In this document: positions 1-13,687 of the stretch, piece by piece
Layout: the number at the start of each line of letters is the position of its first letter
Position numbering within the stretch: the stretch's first letter is position 1
Source of the DNA: Pristiophorus japonicus
Taxonomy: Eukaryota
Assembly (NCBI RefSeq): GCF_044704955.1
Contig: NC_091993.1
Span: 117,490,001-117,554,000 of the forward strand
DNA length: 64,000 nt
Direction of reading: 5' to 3'
Translations under genes and position numbers: made by a program
The notes under the pieces: model-generated
What the model saw: the letters and a program-made list of their open reading frames with translations, nothing else
The model's database searches: none
What the model was told of the DNA's origin: nothing

Positions 1-1765
1 AGGATAACTAAAGAAAAAGTAGGGCCCATTAGAAACAAAAAGGTAATCTGTGTGTGGAGTCAGATGTGTGTAGGGTTCTTAATGAATACTTTGCATCTGT
101 TTTCACAAAAGAAAGAGGTGATGCAGACATTGCAATGAGGGAGAAGGAACATGAAATATTGGATGAAATAAACATAGAGAGAGAGGAAGTATTAAGGGGT
201 TTAGCAGCTTTGAAAGTGGATAAGTCCCCAGGCCCGGATGAAATGTGTGCCAGGCTGTTGAGAAGCAAAAGAGGAAATAGCAGAGGCTTTGACCATCATT
301 TTCCAAACCTCTCTGGCAACAGGTGTGGTGCCTGATGACTGGAGGACTGCTAATGTTGTACCTCTGTTTAAAAAAAGGAGAAAGGGATAGACTGAGTAAT
401 TACAGGCCAGTCAGCTGAACCTCCGTGGTGGCAAAATTATTGGAAAAAATGGTGTGGGACAGGATAAATCTTCATTTAGAAACACACAGATTAATCAAGG
501 ACAGGCAGCATGGATGTTTTAAGGGAAGGTCGTGTCTGACTAACTTGATTGCATTTTTTGAGGAGGTAACAAGGAGGTTCGATGAGGGTAGCACGTTTGA
601 TGTAGTGTCTATGGATTTTAGCAAGGCTTTTGATAAGTTCCCACATGGCAGACTGGTTACAAAATTAAAAGCCCATGGGACCAAGGCAAAGTGGCAAGTT
701 GGATCCAAAATTGGCACAGAGGCAGGAAGCAAAGGGTAATGGTTGGTGGGTGGTTTTGTGACTGGAAGGCTGTTTCCAGTGGATTTCCACAGGGCTCAGT
801 ACTAGGTCCCTTGCTTTTTGTAGTATATATCAATGATTTAGACTTGAATGTAGAGTGTATGATTAAGAAGTTTGCAGATGATACAAAAATTGGCTGTGGG
901 GTTGATAATGAAGAAAGCTGTAGACTGCAGGAAGATATCATTGAACTGGTGGACAGAACAGTGACAAATGGAATTCAATCCGGAGAAGTGTGAGGCAATG
1001 CATTTCGGGAGGAGTAACAAGACAAGAGAATACACATTAAATGGTGGGACACTGAGAAGTGTAGAGGAACAAAGGGACCTTGGAGTGCAGGTCCACAGGT
1101 TCCTGAAAGTAGCAAGTTCGATAGATAAGGTGCGAAGAAGCCATTCGGAATACTTGCCTTCATTAGCCGAGGCATAGAATACAAGAGTAGGGAGGTTATG
1201 CTTGAACTGTATAAAACACTAGTTAGGCCACAGCTAGAGTACTACGTGCAGTTCTGGTCACCACATTACAGGAAAGATGTGATTGCACTGGACAGGGTAC
1301 AGAAGAGATTTACGAGGATGTTGCCTGGACTGGAGAATTTTAGCTATGAGGAAAGATTGGATAGGCTGGGATTGTTTTCTTTGAGGATGAGAGGAGATCT
1401 TATTGAGGTGTATAAAATTATGACGGACCTACATAAAGTGGATAGGAAGGACCTATGTCCCTTAGCAGAGGGGTCACCAACCAGGGGGCATAGATTTAAA
1501 GTAATTGGTAGGACGTTTAGAGGGGAAATGTTTTCACACAGGATAGTGGGGGTTTGGAACTCACTGCCTGAAAGGGTGGGAGAGGCAGAAACCCTCACCA
1601 CATTTAAAAGATACTTGGGCGTATACTTCGAGCGCCGTAACCTACAGAGCCATGGACCGCAAGCTGGAAAATGGGATTAGGCTGGATAGTGGGATTAGGC
1701 TGGATAACTAGTTGTGGGCCAAAATGGCCTCCTCCTGTGGTGTAAATTTCTATGATTCTATTCTA
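1..1765 (+). mobile_element. CR1 LINE, ORF2 RT portion and 3' tail, degenerate
   Basis: KSPGPD, DFSKAFDK, PQGSVLGP, KFADDTK motifs with frameshifts. Tail ttctatgattctat. Confidence 0.92.
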
Positions 1766-1769
1766 TGAA

Positions 1770-2010
1770 TGGGTCAAGTTAAGAAACAAAAGATGAGTCT
1801 AGATAGGGTGTAAATGGAGATGGCAGAATCATCAACAGCTGCTGTGAGAAAGAGAAAAAACATTAAAAAATAAAAAAATAGAGGCAGTTATTATAGTTTG
1901 AAATTGTTGAACTCGATGTTGAGTTCAGAAGGGTGTAAAGTGCCTAAACGAAATATGAGGTGCTATTCCTCGAGCTTGCCTTGAGATTCATTAGAACAGT
2001 GCAAGGGGCC
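1770..2010 (-). mobile_element. Penelope-like element fragment (GIY-YIG C-terminus)
   Basis: Reverse strand reads HCSNESQGKLEE*HLIFRLGTLHPSELNIEFNNF. Copy at about 51360-51600, probable remainder at 47790-47975. Confidence 0.65.
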
Positions 2011-2281
2011 CTTTAACTGCCACAACAGTAACTCTGTACCACCAACTCTCAGATATGGAAAAGAAACGGAAATTATCGGTAAAAATGGGTCACAGCCCAG
2101 TGTCAGCAGCCTCTCCTTGCTACCGGAGAAGGGGAAATTACACAGAAATTTAATCATCCAAAACCATTATATCAACCAGGCTTTTACATAAGTAACAAGG
2201 TTCCATTTGACAATCGTGCTCTCTTGGTTGACTACAAATGAAAATTAGGTGAATCTAAATATTATTTTGTTGTTTCAATAG

Positions 2282-2402
2282 GACTTGAATATTCTTGTGA
2301 AGTTTTTTCAACTGTATCACCAACAACTGCACATTCGACAAGTACAAATGTTATTTCCACTGATAATCAAAAACAATCTTCAGGATCCAAATCCACTAAA
2401 AG
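2282..2402 (+). CDS. Stalk exon of the upstream paralogous receptor copy
   Basis: Identical to 51873-51993 including splice sites. Confidence 0.82.
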
Positions 2403-3940
2403 GTACAATGTTCTCATTGTTGATGTTTTGACTGGCATTGCCTCCATCTGAGAGATTAAATATTCTTTAATAGTTTTGGCATAAGGGTTGATAATCATTT
2501 ATTATTTTGGAATGTTGCTCATCAGAATGGAAATGGTGGCTGGGTTTACATCATGCTGATGTGTTAGCTTCCTAATGAAAGTGCTGCCTTTGTTGGTAGG
2601 AAATAAGCACCTCCATTTTGCTGCCCCTCAGATGGTGCTCTTTGCATTATTCACTATGATTACTTCACCACTAACCTACTCTCATGGTTTGTGATGAGTT
2701 GCACTTATCAAACTTACCTTGCCGATATCTGTTCTGGTGTGGGGCTGACAGTAAAGTTTCTGTTGGTGAAAGTGAGCAATAGCAGCAATATATCTGCACC
2801 GCCCTTGATATCACCAGTGAGCAACATCTTACAGCTTTGGTCCAATTCTCAGTGTCGCTCACTACAACTGCAGGAAGTTTCTTCTCTTAAAATGTATTAT
2901 TGGGAGGTGGGCAATGCTGACAAGGTTACATTTATTGCCTGTCACGAGTTGCCCTGAGAAGGTGGCGCTGGGCCGCCTTCTTGATCTGCTGATCAATGCT
3001 GGTAAATAAGAAACTCCAGGATTTTGATCTAACAACAATGAAGAAACAGCAGTCTATTTCCAAGCCAGAACCGCGTGTAACTTAGAGGAGGTGGTGTTGG
3101 CATGATGTTGCTTGCCTTGATGGTACAGACCACTGGGCTCAGTGGTGATTTTAAGTTAAGCTGGGCAAGTTGTTTTTAATAGATTATCAGGATGTGGGTA
3201 TTGCTGCAGTGTGTCCTGTAGATGGTGCATACTGTAGTCACCGTGCGCCAGTGGTGGAGGGGATGGATTTTGAGCTCAGCAGCAGGGGCACTGACCATAT
3301 GCACTGCTTTGTCTTAAATAGTGGTGAACCTCAGTGTTATTACAGCTGCACCCATCCAAGGTGAGTACTCCATCACACTCCAGGCTTGAGCACTGCAGAT
3401 GATGGAGAGGCTCGGAGTGATCAGGGGCTGAGCCACTCGTTGCAGAGTACCCAGCCTCTTCCCTGCAGTTGTAGCCACAATGTTGACGTGGCTGGTCCAG
3501 TTAAGCTTCTGGCCATTTTAATTCAGTGCTTGAAGGAGGTTTTCTCCAATTCATATTCTGTGGCAAATATTTCACCCAATGTATAGGAATGTAAATACTT
3601 TTCCCTCCTCTGCTTATCTAGTTTCCCCATAAATGCCTCTGTACTATTTGCTGCAACTACTCCCTGTGGTAGCAAGTTCCACGTTCTCACCACCTTACAG
3701 CCATATATTGTGCACATGTTAATGAAGTTTGCTTCATTTGATCTTTATCTAATGATCACAAAGTTGACTTTCCTTCATAAGGCAAACACTAGTTTACTTT
3801 CCTAGCTAACGTCCCTTGGCTCTGCAGCTTTACATTGATGCACTATACTAAGATTACAGTGTAACCAGACGATAAATGTTTCAAACACACAGAAGACTCG
3901 TTTCCTTCGAATTATTTTATATTTCTTCCCTTTTGCTCAG

Positions 3941-4031
3941 TTACATTACATGGAACGTGGGACGCTGGCTGCTCTTTGCTCTCCTGGTGATTTGTACTAT
4001 TTCAGTCACAAGGTGTACGAGAAAATCTAAG
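3941..4031 (+). CDS. Transmembrane exon of the upstream paralogous copy
   Basis: Identical to 53532-53622. Confidence 0.84.
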
Positions 4032-4242
4032 GTAGGGATTAGGGACTTTATGTGAATCACTCCATCAATTTGTTCAAAAATATTGATCGCAGATACTATA
4101 AAGAAAAACTTGCATTGATATAAACCCTTTCATATTTTCGACGTGACAAGCGCTTTATCTCTAATTGGTGTCACTGGGGTAACTTACTAACTTCATAGTG
4201 TCGGCGATAATTCTGAGGGGCAGATCCCCCTCCCGTTCCAGA

Positions 4243-5125
4243 GCATGAATTGTGCGCATGGGAGCAGGAAATTACATGAGGACATAGACAGACTAAATGA
4301 GTGGGCAAAGCTATGGCAAGTGACGTTCAACATGGGGGAGTGTGAGATCATCTCCTTTGGATCAGAGGAACACAAATTGGAATATATTCTCAATGATGAG
4401 AGACTAGAAGATGTGAAGGAGTAAAGAGATTTAGATGTCCATGTACACACGTCACTGAAAGCTAGGGCACAAGTGCAAAAAGTAATCAAAAAGGCTCATG
4501 GAAAGTTGGCCTTCATTTTATGGGGATTGGAATTCAAAATTGAAGAAGTGATGTTTCTGTTGTACAGAGCCTTGGTCAGACCCCACCTGGAGTTCTGTGT
4601 TCAGTTTCGGGCGACGAACCTCAGGAAAGAAATACTGGCCTTGGAAGGAGTGTAGTGCAAATTCACCAGACTGATACTAGGGCTTAAAGTGTTCAATTAT
4701 AAAGAGAGATTACGTAAACTTGGTTGTATTCCCTAGAGTTTAGAAGGTTGAGGGCTGAAAGAATCAAAGAATTTAAAATTATTAAGGGATTCGATAGACT
4801 AGATAGGGAGAAATGACTTGCTTGGTGGGGGAATCCTCATAAGGGGGCATAATCTAAAAATTAGAGCTAAACCATTTAGGAGTAGAATTAGGAAGCACTT
4901 TTTCCCACAAAGGGTTGTGGGAACCTGGAACTGGCTGTGGATGCAGGGCCAATTGAAATTTTCACAGCTGAGATCACTAGATATTTGTTGGGTAAGGACA
5001 TCAAAGGGTATGGATCAAAGGCGGGTAAATGGAGTTGTGCCACTGATCAGCTGTGATCCAGTTATACAGTGGAACAGGCTCAAAGGGTTGAATGGGCTGC
5101 TCCTGTTGCTTTGTTCCTATGTAAC
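4243..5125 (+). mobile_element. CR1 LINE 3' fragment in the last intron (copy at about 53834-54716)
   Basis: LYRALVRPHLEFCVQF and RGHNLKI motifs with a CR1 3' tail. Confidence 0.88.
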
Positions 5126-5669
5126 CCGCCCGTTATAGAATCCCCCGACTTTCATTCTATTGATATAAAACAGTCGTTACAAGAAACGGAAGGGAAGAAA
5201 TGGGAAAGGCTACAAGAAAGCACTTTGCTGTAGGGCACCAGAGACAATGGTTTTCACACAAGAACACAGAGACAGTTAAACGTGTCCAGTCGAGCACCAA
5301 GGTGCTCAGACACAGACCCAATGCTATTGTTGCTGGGAACCTCGATTGGACTTTCGAAAATGTGTTTAACAAAGTAGACAAGTCAATCTTTTTCTGCTGT
5401 CAACTGTCCACCATCTAAGCTGCAGGAAAACATTTGTTGCATGTGAGTAAATGGTGTTACATGTATTCAAGAGGGGCCCAACTAGCACCTTTTCCCATCA
5501 CATGTGCAATAGTGATAGGGGAGGGAGGACTGTGATCTCAACACAGCTCCAGTCCATCACGAGCTTCTCCTCCATTTGTTGTCAGTTCCAGAATTCTGTT
5601 CTGACATGTAAAACAATGCATCATTCTCAGAATCAATGAATTTGATGCCTTAAATATTTTCTTTTTCAG

Positions 5670-5717
5670 TTACTCAATGAATCGGCTCGTCACAGCTTGA
5701 CCAATGTGGTAAAGTGA
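5670..5717 (+). CDS. Terminal coding exon of the upstream paralogous copy
   Basis: Identical to 55259-55306. AATAAA at 5816. Confidence 0.62.
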   Translation, partial: LLNESARHSLTNVVK

Positions 5718-7308
5718 TGATTCCCTGGTTACATCGACCTTGATGGAATATTGTGTCCTGATTAAACGTTCATTCTTCATCCAGCTTTGAACATTTATTT
5801 TTATCAATTGTAAATAATAAAATGGATTTCGGCATTAAATCAATTTGACCATTTAATTAGTAGAGGAAAAATCAAAACCTAACTCTGGCTGCATCCTTTA
5901 AGTTGTTGTCCCTCTGTCTGCATCTTAGTAATAATGTATAAGAACATAAGAAATAGGGGCAGGAGAAGGCCATACGGCCTCTTGAGCCGGTCCGCCATTT
6001 AATAAGATCATGGCTGATCCAATCATCGACTCAGGTCCACTTCCCTGCCCGCTCCCCATAACCGCTTATTCCCTTATTGGTTAAAAACTGTCTATCTCTG
6101 ACTTAAACTTATTCAATGACCCAGCTTCCACAGTTCTCTGAGGCAGCGAATTCCACAGATTTACAACCATCTGAGAGAAAAAATTGCTCCTCAACTCAGT
6201 TTTAAATGGACGGCCCCTTATTCTAAGATTATGCCCCCTAGTTCTAGTTTCCCCTATCAGTAGAAACATCCTCTCTGCATCCACCTTGTCAACCCCCTCC
6301 TACTCTTATACATTTCAATAAGATCACCTCTCATTCTTCTGAATGCCAATGAGTTAAGGCCCAACCTACTCAACCTTTCCTCATAAGTCAATCTCCTCAA
6401 CTCTGGAATCAACCTAGTGAATCTTCTCTGAACTGCCTCCAAAACAAGTATATCCTTTCTTAAATATGGAAACCAAAACTGCATGCAATATTCCAGGTGT
6501 GGCCTCACCTGTAGCCTGTATAACTGTAGCAAGACTTCCTTGCTTTTATACATCATCCTCTTTGCAATAAAGGCCAATATTCCATTGGCCTTTCTGATCA
6601 CTTGCTGTACCTACTTACTAACCTTTTGAGTTTCATGCACAAGTACCCCCAAGTCCTGCTGTACTGCAGAACTTTGCAATTTTTCTCCATTTAAATTATA
6701 ATTTGCTTTTCTATTATTTCTGCCAAAGTGGATACCTCACATTTTCCCATATTATACTCCATCTACCAACTTTTTGCCCACTCACTTGCTGATTTTTTGT
6801 GTCCTCACACATTGCTTTTCCTCCTATCTGTGTATTGTCAACAAACTTGGCTACGTTACGCTCGGTCCCTTATTCCAAGTCATTAATATAGATTGTAAAT
6901 AGTTGAGGTCCCAGCACTAATCCCTGCGGCACCCCACTAGTTACTGATTGCCAATCTGAGAATGAACCATTTATCCCGACTCTCTGTTTTCTGTGAGTTA
7001 GCCAATCCTCTATCCATGCTAATATATTACCCCAATCCCGTGGACTTTTATCTTGTACAATAACCTTTTATGTGGCATCTTGTCAAATGCCTTCTGGAAA
7101 TCCAAATACACCACATCCACTGGTTCCCCTTTATCCACCCTGTTCATTACATCCTCAAAGAATTCCAGCAAATTTGTCATACATGACTTCCCTTTCATAA
7201 ATCCACGCTGACTCTGCCTGACTGAATTATGTTTTTCTTAATGTCCTGCTACTGCTTCTTTAATAATGGAATCCAACATTTTCCCAACCACAGATGTTAG
7301 GCTAACTA

Positions 7309-10300
7309 ACATAGTGCAAGGACCAAGGATGTCTCGGAGCGGGTGCTGGACATTCTGAAAAGGGAGGGTGAACAGCCAGTTGTCGTGGTGCACATAGGTA
7401 CCAACGATATAGGTAAAAAGGGGATGAGGTCCTACGAGACGAATTTAAGGAGCTAGGAGCTAAATTTAAAAAGTAGGACCTCAAAAGTAGTAATCTCGGG
7501 ATTGCTACCAGTGCCACGTGCTAGTCAGAGTAGGAATCGCAGGATAGCTCAGATGAATACGTAGCTTGAGCAGTGGTGCAACAGGGAGGGATTCAAATTC
7601 CTGGGGTATTGGAACCGGTTCTGGGGGAGGTGGGACCAGTACAAACCGGACGGTCTGCACCTAGGCAGGACCGGAACCAATGTCCTAGGGCTGGTGCTGT
7701 TGGGAAAGAGTTAAACTAATATGGCAGGGGGATGGGAACCAATGCAGGGAGACAGAGGGAAAAAATATGGAGACAGAAGCAAAAGACAGAAAGGAGATGA
7801 GTAAAAGTGGAGGGCAGAGAAACCCAAGGCAAAAAACAAAAATGGCCACTGTACAGCAAAATTCTCAAGGGTCAAAGTGTAATAAAAAGGCAAGCCTGAA
7901 AGCTCGGTGCCTCAATACGAGGAGCATTTGGAACCCAGGAGAGGGCTCTGAGCTAGTTAGAGTAGGTGAGAGCTCAGATGAACAGGACCCCAAGAAAGAA
8001 TGCAAAAGGCGGGAGGCAACAGAGCAGAGTAGCACTGGGGTAAGTAAACCACAAGGTGATAGGAAGGGACAATATGTATGAATATAAAGGGGCTGCAGGA
8101 GGGGTCAAAACTAAACATCATGGTTTAAAAACTCGTATTAAAACACTCTACCTAAACACATGCAGCATTCGAAATAAAGTAAAGGAGTTGACGGCACAAA
8201 TCATTACAAATGGGTATGATTTGGTGGCCATTACAGAAACGTGGTTACAGGGTGGCCAAGACTGGGAATTAAATATACAGTGGTATCTGACAATTTGGAA
8301 AGATAGACAAGAAGGGAAAGGAGGTGGGGTAGCTCTGTTAATAAAGGATGATATCAGGTCAGTTGTGAGAGACGATATTGGCTCTAATGAACAAAATGTT
8401 GAATCATTGTGGGTGGAGATTAGAGATAGTAAGGGGAAAAAGTCACTGGTGGGCGTAGTTTATAGGCCCCCAAATAATAATTTCACAGTGGGGCGGACAA
8501 TAATCAAGGGAATAATGGAGGCATGTGAAAAAGGAATGGCAGTAATCATGGGGGATTTTAACCTACAAATCGATTGGTCAAATCAAATTGCACGGGGTAG
8601 CCTGGAGGAGGAATTCATAGAATGCATTCGGGATTGTTTCTTAGAACAGTATGTTACAGAACCTATAAGGGAGCAAGCTATCTCAGATCTGGTCCTGTGT
8701 AATGAGACAGGTATAATAAACGATCTCCTAGCAAAAGATCCTCTCAGAATGAGTGATCACAGTATGGTTGAATTTGTAATACAGATTGAGGGTGAGGAAG
8801 TAGTGTCTCAAACGAGCGTACTATGCTTAAACAAAAGGGGACTACAGTGGGATGAGGGCAGAGTTGGCTAAAGTAGACTGGGAACATAGACTAAACGGTG
8901 GTGCAATTGAGGAACAGTGGAGGACTTTTAAGGAGCTCTTTCATAGTGCTCAACAAAAATATATTCCAGTGAAAAAGAAAGGCGGTAAGAGAAGGGATAA
9001 CCAGTCGTGGATAACCAAGGAAATAAAGGAGAGTATCAAATTAAAAACCAATGCGTATAAGGTGGCCAAGGTTAGTGGGAAACTAGAAGATTGGGAAAAT
9101 TTTAAACGACAGCAAAGAATGATTAAGAAAGCAATAAAGAAAGGAAAGATATATTACGAAAGTAAACTTGCGCAAAACATAAAAACAGATATTAAAAGCT
9201 TTTACCGATATATAAAACGGAAAAGAATGATTAAAGTAAATGTTGGTCCCTCAGAAGATGAGAAGGGGGATTTAATAATGGGAAATGTGGAAATGGCTGA
9301 GCCCTTAAACAATTATTTTGCTTCGGTCTTCACAGTGGAAGACACAAAAACCATGCCAAAAATTGCTGGTCATCGAAATGTGGGAAGGGAGGACCTTGAG
9401 ATAATTACTATCACTAGGGGGGTAGTGCTGGACAGGCTAATGGGACTCAAGGTAGACAAGTCCCCTGGTCCTGATGAAATGCATCCCAGGGTATTAAAAG
9501 AGATGGCGGAAATTATAGCAGATGCATTCGTTATAATCTACCAAAATTCTCTGGACTCTGGAGAGGTACCAGCGTATTGGAAAGCAGCTAATGTAACGCC
9601 TCTGTTTAAAAAAGGAGGCAGACAAAAGGCAGGTAACTATATACCGGTTAGTTTAACATCTGTAGTGGGGAAAATGCTTGAAGCTATCATTAAGGAAGAA
9701 ATAGCGGGACATCTAGATGGGAATAGTGCAATCAAGCAGACGCAACATGGATTCATGAAGGGGAAATCATGTTTAACTAATTTACTGGAATTCTTTGAGG
9801 ATATAACGAGCATGGTGGATAGAGGTGTACCGATGGATGTGGTGTATTTAGATTTCCAAAAGGCATTCAATAAGGTGCCACACAAAAGGTTACTGCAGAA
9901 GATAAATGTACGTGGAGTCAGAGGAAATGTATTAGCATGGATCGAGAATTGGCTGGCAAATAGAAAGCAGAGAGTCGGGATAAATGGGTCCTTTTCGTGT
10001 TGGACATCGGTGGTTAGTGGTATGCCACAGGGCTAGGTGCTGGGACCACAACTGTTTACAATATACATAGATGACCTGGAAGAGGGGACAGAGTGCAGTG
10101 TAACAAAATTTGCAGATGACACAAAGATTAGTGGGAAAGCAGGTTGTGTAGAGAGGCTGCAAAGAGAATTAGATAGGTTAAGCGAATGGGCTAAGGTTTG
10201 GCAGATGGAATACAATGTCGGAAAATGTGAGGTCATCCACCATGGAAAAAAATAACAGTAAAATGGAATATTATTTGAATGGGGAGAAATTACAACATGT

Positions 10301-11006
10301 TGCGGTGCAGAGGGACCTGGGGGTCCTTGTGCATGAATCCCAAAAAGTTAGTTTGCAGGTGCAGCAGGTAATCAGGAAGGCGAATGGAATGTTGGTCTTC
10401 ATTGCGAGAGGGATGGAGTACAAAAGCAGAGAGGTCCTGCTGTAACTGTACAGAGTATTGGTGAGGCCACACCTGGAGTACTGCGTGCAGTTTTGGTCAC
10501 CTTACTTAAGGAAGGATATACTAGCTTTGGAGGGGGTACAGAGACGATTCACTAGGCTGATTCCGGAGATGAGGGGCTATGATAGATTACTCGTTGGAGT
10601 TCAGAAGGATGAGGGGCGATCTTATAGAAACATTTAAAATCATGAAAGGGATAGACAAGATCGAGGCAGAGAGGTTGTTTCCACTGGTCGAGGAGACTCG
10701 AACTATGGGGCACAGCCTCAAAATACGGGGGAGCCAATTTAAAACCGAGTTGAGAAGGAATTTCTTCTCCCAGAGGGTTGTGAATCTGTGGAATTCTCTA
10801 CCCAAGGAAGCAGTTGAGGCGAGCTCATTGAATTTACTCAAATCACAGATAGATAGATTTTTAACCAATAAGGGAATTAAGCGCTATGGGGAGCGGGCGG
10901 GTAATTGGAGCTGAGTTCACGGCCAGATCAACCATGATCTTGTTGAATGGCGGAGCAGGCTCGAGGGGCTAGGTGGCCTACTCCTGTTCCTAATTCTTAT
11001 TATGTT
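7309..11006 (+). mobile_element. 5'-truncated CR1 LINE nested in the opposite orientation (copy at 56898-60595)
   Basis: ORF1 tail, endonuclease ORF 8056-8871, RT ORFs 8852-10914, 3' tail. Flanked by a duplicated CTA. Confidence 0.92.
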
Positions 11007-13307
11007 CTAGTCTATAGCTTCCTGTTTTTTGTCTGCCTCCTTTTTAACTAGTGGTGTTACATTTGCAATCTGCTGGGACCTCCCCAGAATACAGGACATT
11101 TTGGTAAATTACAATGAATGCATCAACTATTCCTGCCGCTACTTCTCTTAAGACCCTAGGTTGCAAACTATCAGGTCCAGGGGATTTATCTGCCTTTAGT
11201 CCCATCATCTTACTGAATATGACCTCCTTAATGATTGTGATTGTGTTAAGTTCCTCCCGCCGCCCTTGACTGTCCACTGTTGGGATATTGTTAGTGACCT
11301 CTACCGTAAAGACTGATACAAAATATTTGTTCAGAGTTTCTGCCATCTCCATGTTCCCCATTACTAATTCCCCGGTCTCGTCCTCTGAGGGATCACCATT
11401 TACTTTAGCCACTCTTTTCCTTCTTATATGCGTATAGAAACTCTTGCTATCTGTTTTTATATTTCGTGCTGGTTTTCTTTCATAGTCTATCTTCTCTTTC
11501 TTAATCAATATGGAGGTTAAAATCGCCCATAATTATTGCTGTTCCCTTTTTAGAAGCCCCCACTATTTCCTGGTTTATACTCCGACCAACAGATTTGCTA
11601 CTGTTAGGGGGCTTATAGACTACGCCCACCAGTGAATTTTTCCCCTATTATTCCTCATCTCCACCCAAAATGTTTCAACATCCTGATCATTTGAGCCAAT
11701 ATCATTTCTCACTATTGCAGTGATTCCACCCTTAAACAACAGAGCTACCCCACCTCCTTTTCCTTTCTGTCTGACCTTCTGGATTGTGAAATACCTCTGA
11801 ATATTTAGATCGCAGTCCTGGTCACTTTACAACCACGTCTCTGTAATGGCTATCAGATCATACCCATTTGTATCTATTTGTGCCGTCAACTCATCCATTT
11901 TGTTGTGAATGCTACGTGCATTTAGACAAAGAGCCTTTAAATTTGTTTGACCCTTTTTTCCTGCTTGTTTCCTCTCTCCTTCAAACTCACTTTCTTTATT
12001 ATTGCTTTCTACTTCCAGCTTTACTACCCTCCCTACTGAATCTATTTTTAGGTTCCCATCCCCCTGCCAAACTAGTTTAAACCCTCCCCAACAGCACTAG
12101 CAACCGCCCCCCACCCCACGAGGATATTGGTCCCGGCTCTGTTGAGGTGCACCCCGTCCGACTTATTCAGGTCCCCCCTCCCCCAGAAGTGGTCCCAATG
12201 CCTCAGGAAACTAAAGCCCTCCCGCCTGCACTATCTCTCCAGCCATGCATTCATCTGCTCTATCCTCCTGTTTCTTTACTCACTAGCTCATGGCACCGGG
12301 ATGTACCATCCGGAGATTACTACCTGTTGAAGTCCTGCTTTTTAATTTCTCTCCTAGCTCCTTAAACTCTGCCTGCAGGACTTTATCCCTCTTTCTACCT
12401 ATGTCATTGGTCCCAATATGGACCACGACCTCTGGCTGTTCACCCTCTCCACCCAGAATGCCCTGCAGCCGCTCAGTGACATCTTTGACCCTGGCACCAG
12501 GGAGGCAACATACCATCCTGGAGTCACGTCTGTGGCCGCAGAAACGTCTGCCTGTTCCCCTAACTATCGAATCCCCTACCACTACTGCTCTTCATTCTTC
12601 TTCCTCCCCCCCTCCCCCGCCCACACCGTGTAGCTGAGCCACCTGTGATGCTGTGGATTTGGCTCTGGCTGCATCAGAACAGAGTACCGGTTGGAGTACG
12701 AGATGGACTCGGGGGACTCCAGCACTTCCTGTCTCGTCCTCCTGTCCGGCGGTCACCCAATCCCTTTCTGCCTGTACACTCTTAAGCTGCGTGGTGACCA
12801 CCTCTCAGAACGTGCTACCCACATAGCTCTCAGTCTCGTGGATGCACTGCAGTGAATCCAGCCACCGCTCAAGCTCCAAAACACGGAGCTCAAGTTGGTG
12901 CAGCTGGAGACACCTCCTGCACACATGGATGTCCCGGCTGTGCGAAGCAGCCAGGATTTCCCACATGCCACAGGATGTGTAATTCATGGGACTGAGCTGC
13001 CCTGCCATCCCTCTAGTTAGATTCGGAACGATCAAGTAGAATTAAATTCTAAACCTTAGCAAAACACAGCCTGCCGCTACTCAGCAAACAGCTGATTTAA
13101 TTAATTAGTTTTCCTTAGATAATAAAGATCACTTATCTATTTAATTGCAGTTCCTAACTTCCACCAATGCCCAAAGTTTTTTAAAGAAAAGAAAAATACT
13201 CACCAATCCACCAGCCAATCACTTACCTGCTTGACTATGACGTCATACTTCGATTTCGAATCTTTTTACTTTTTCTCCCTTACTTTAGTCGCTGCTGCAG
13301 CTCCTTG

Positions 13308-13375
13308 CTCCCGATCTCCGACTCCTCCTGATCTCCGGCTCCTCCTGATCCGTGGCTCCTCCCGATCTCAGGCTC
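13308..13375. repeat. 17-bp tandem repeat x4 in the CR1 5'UTR
   Basis: CTCCYGATCTCCGGCTC-like units visible directly. Confidence 0.85.
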
Positions 13376-13687
13376 CTCCGACTGCCGCTGCCCTTTAGAA
13401 GTCCTGTGTTCATGTCTCGCGATGCTCGCTCCTCATGAATGGGAGTGTGCCCACTTCCTGTCTGCATAACTTAACTTCTTGTTTCACATTTTTATTACAA
13501 TTATTGTGTCAATTTTGTAAACCTGAAAATATCACAAACACATGAACAATATTCTGTAAGAAATCGGCTACTTGACTTATTCATGCACTGGAAGCCGGTA
13601 GCTCTCATAATATTTTGCACTTTTACTTGGGATGGAACTATAATGTATGCACCTGTGAGTATGCTCACAGGTTGGTAGAGCTGTTGC

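Larger units (their letters stand above)
5937..13470 (-). mobile_element. Near full-length CR1 LINE (5'UTR, SGNH-esterase ORF1, internally deleted ORF2), interrupted by a nested CR1 at 7309-11006
   Basis: ORF1 VGDSIVRG...LPGARVKDV...HIGTND at 12283-12582. RT reads ..KTGSYRL|VSLTSVV.. across the insertion. 3' tail at about 5940. Copy at about 55526-63058. Confidence 0.88.

Noticed and set aside
2890-3510. Probable old LINE-derived segment in the stalk-TM intron
   Set aside because: Looks repeat-like but is too decayed to assign to a family by eye.
5174-5233. Alternative last exon SLQETEGKKWERLQESTLL* after aaaacag (copy at about 54765)
   Set aside because: Poor polypyrimidine tract compared with the acceptor at 5669. 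It cannot be fully excluded, but it would also give a short Tyr-free tail.
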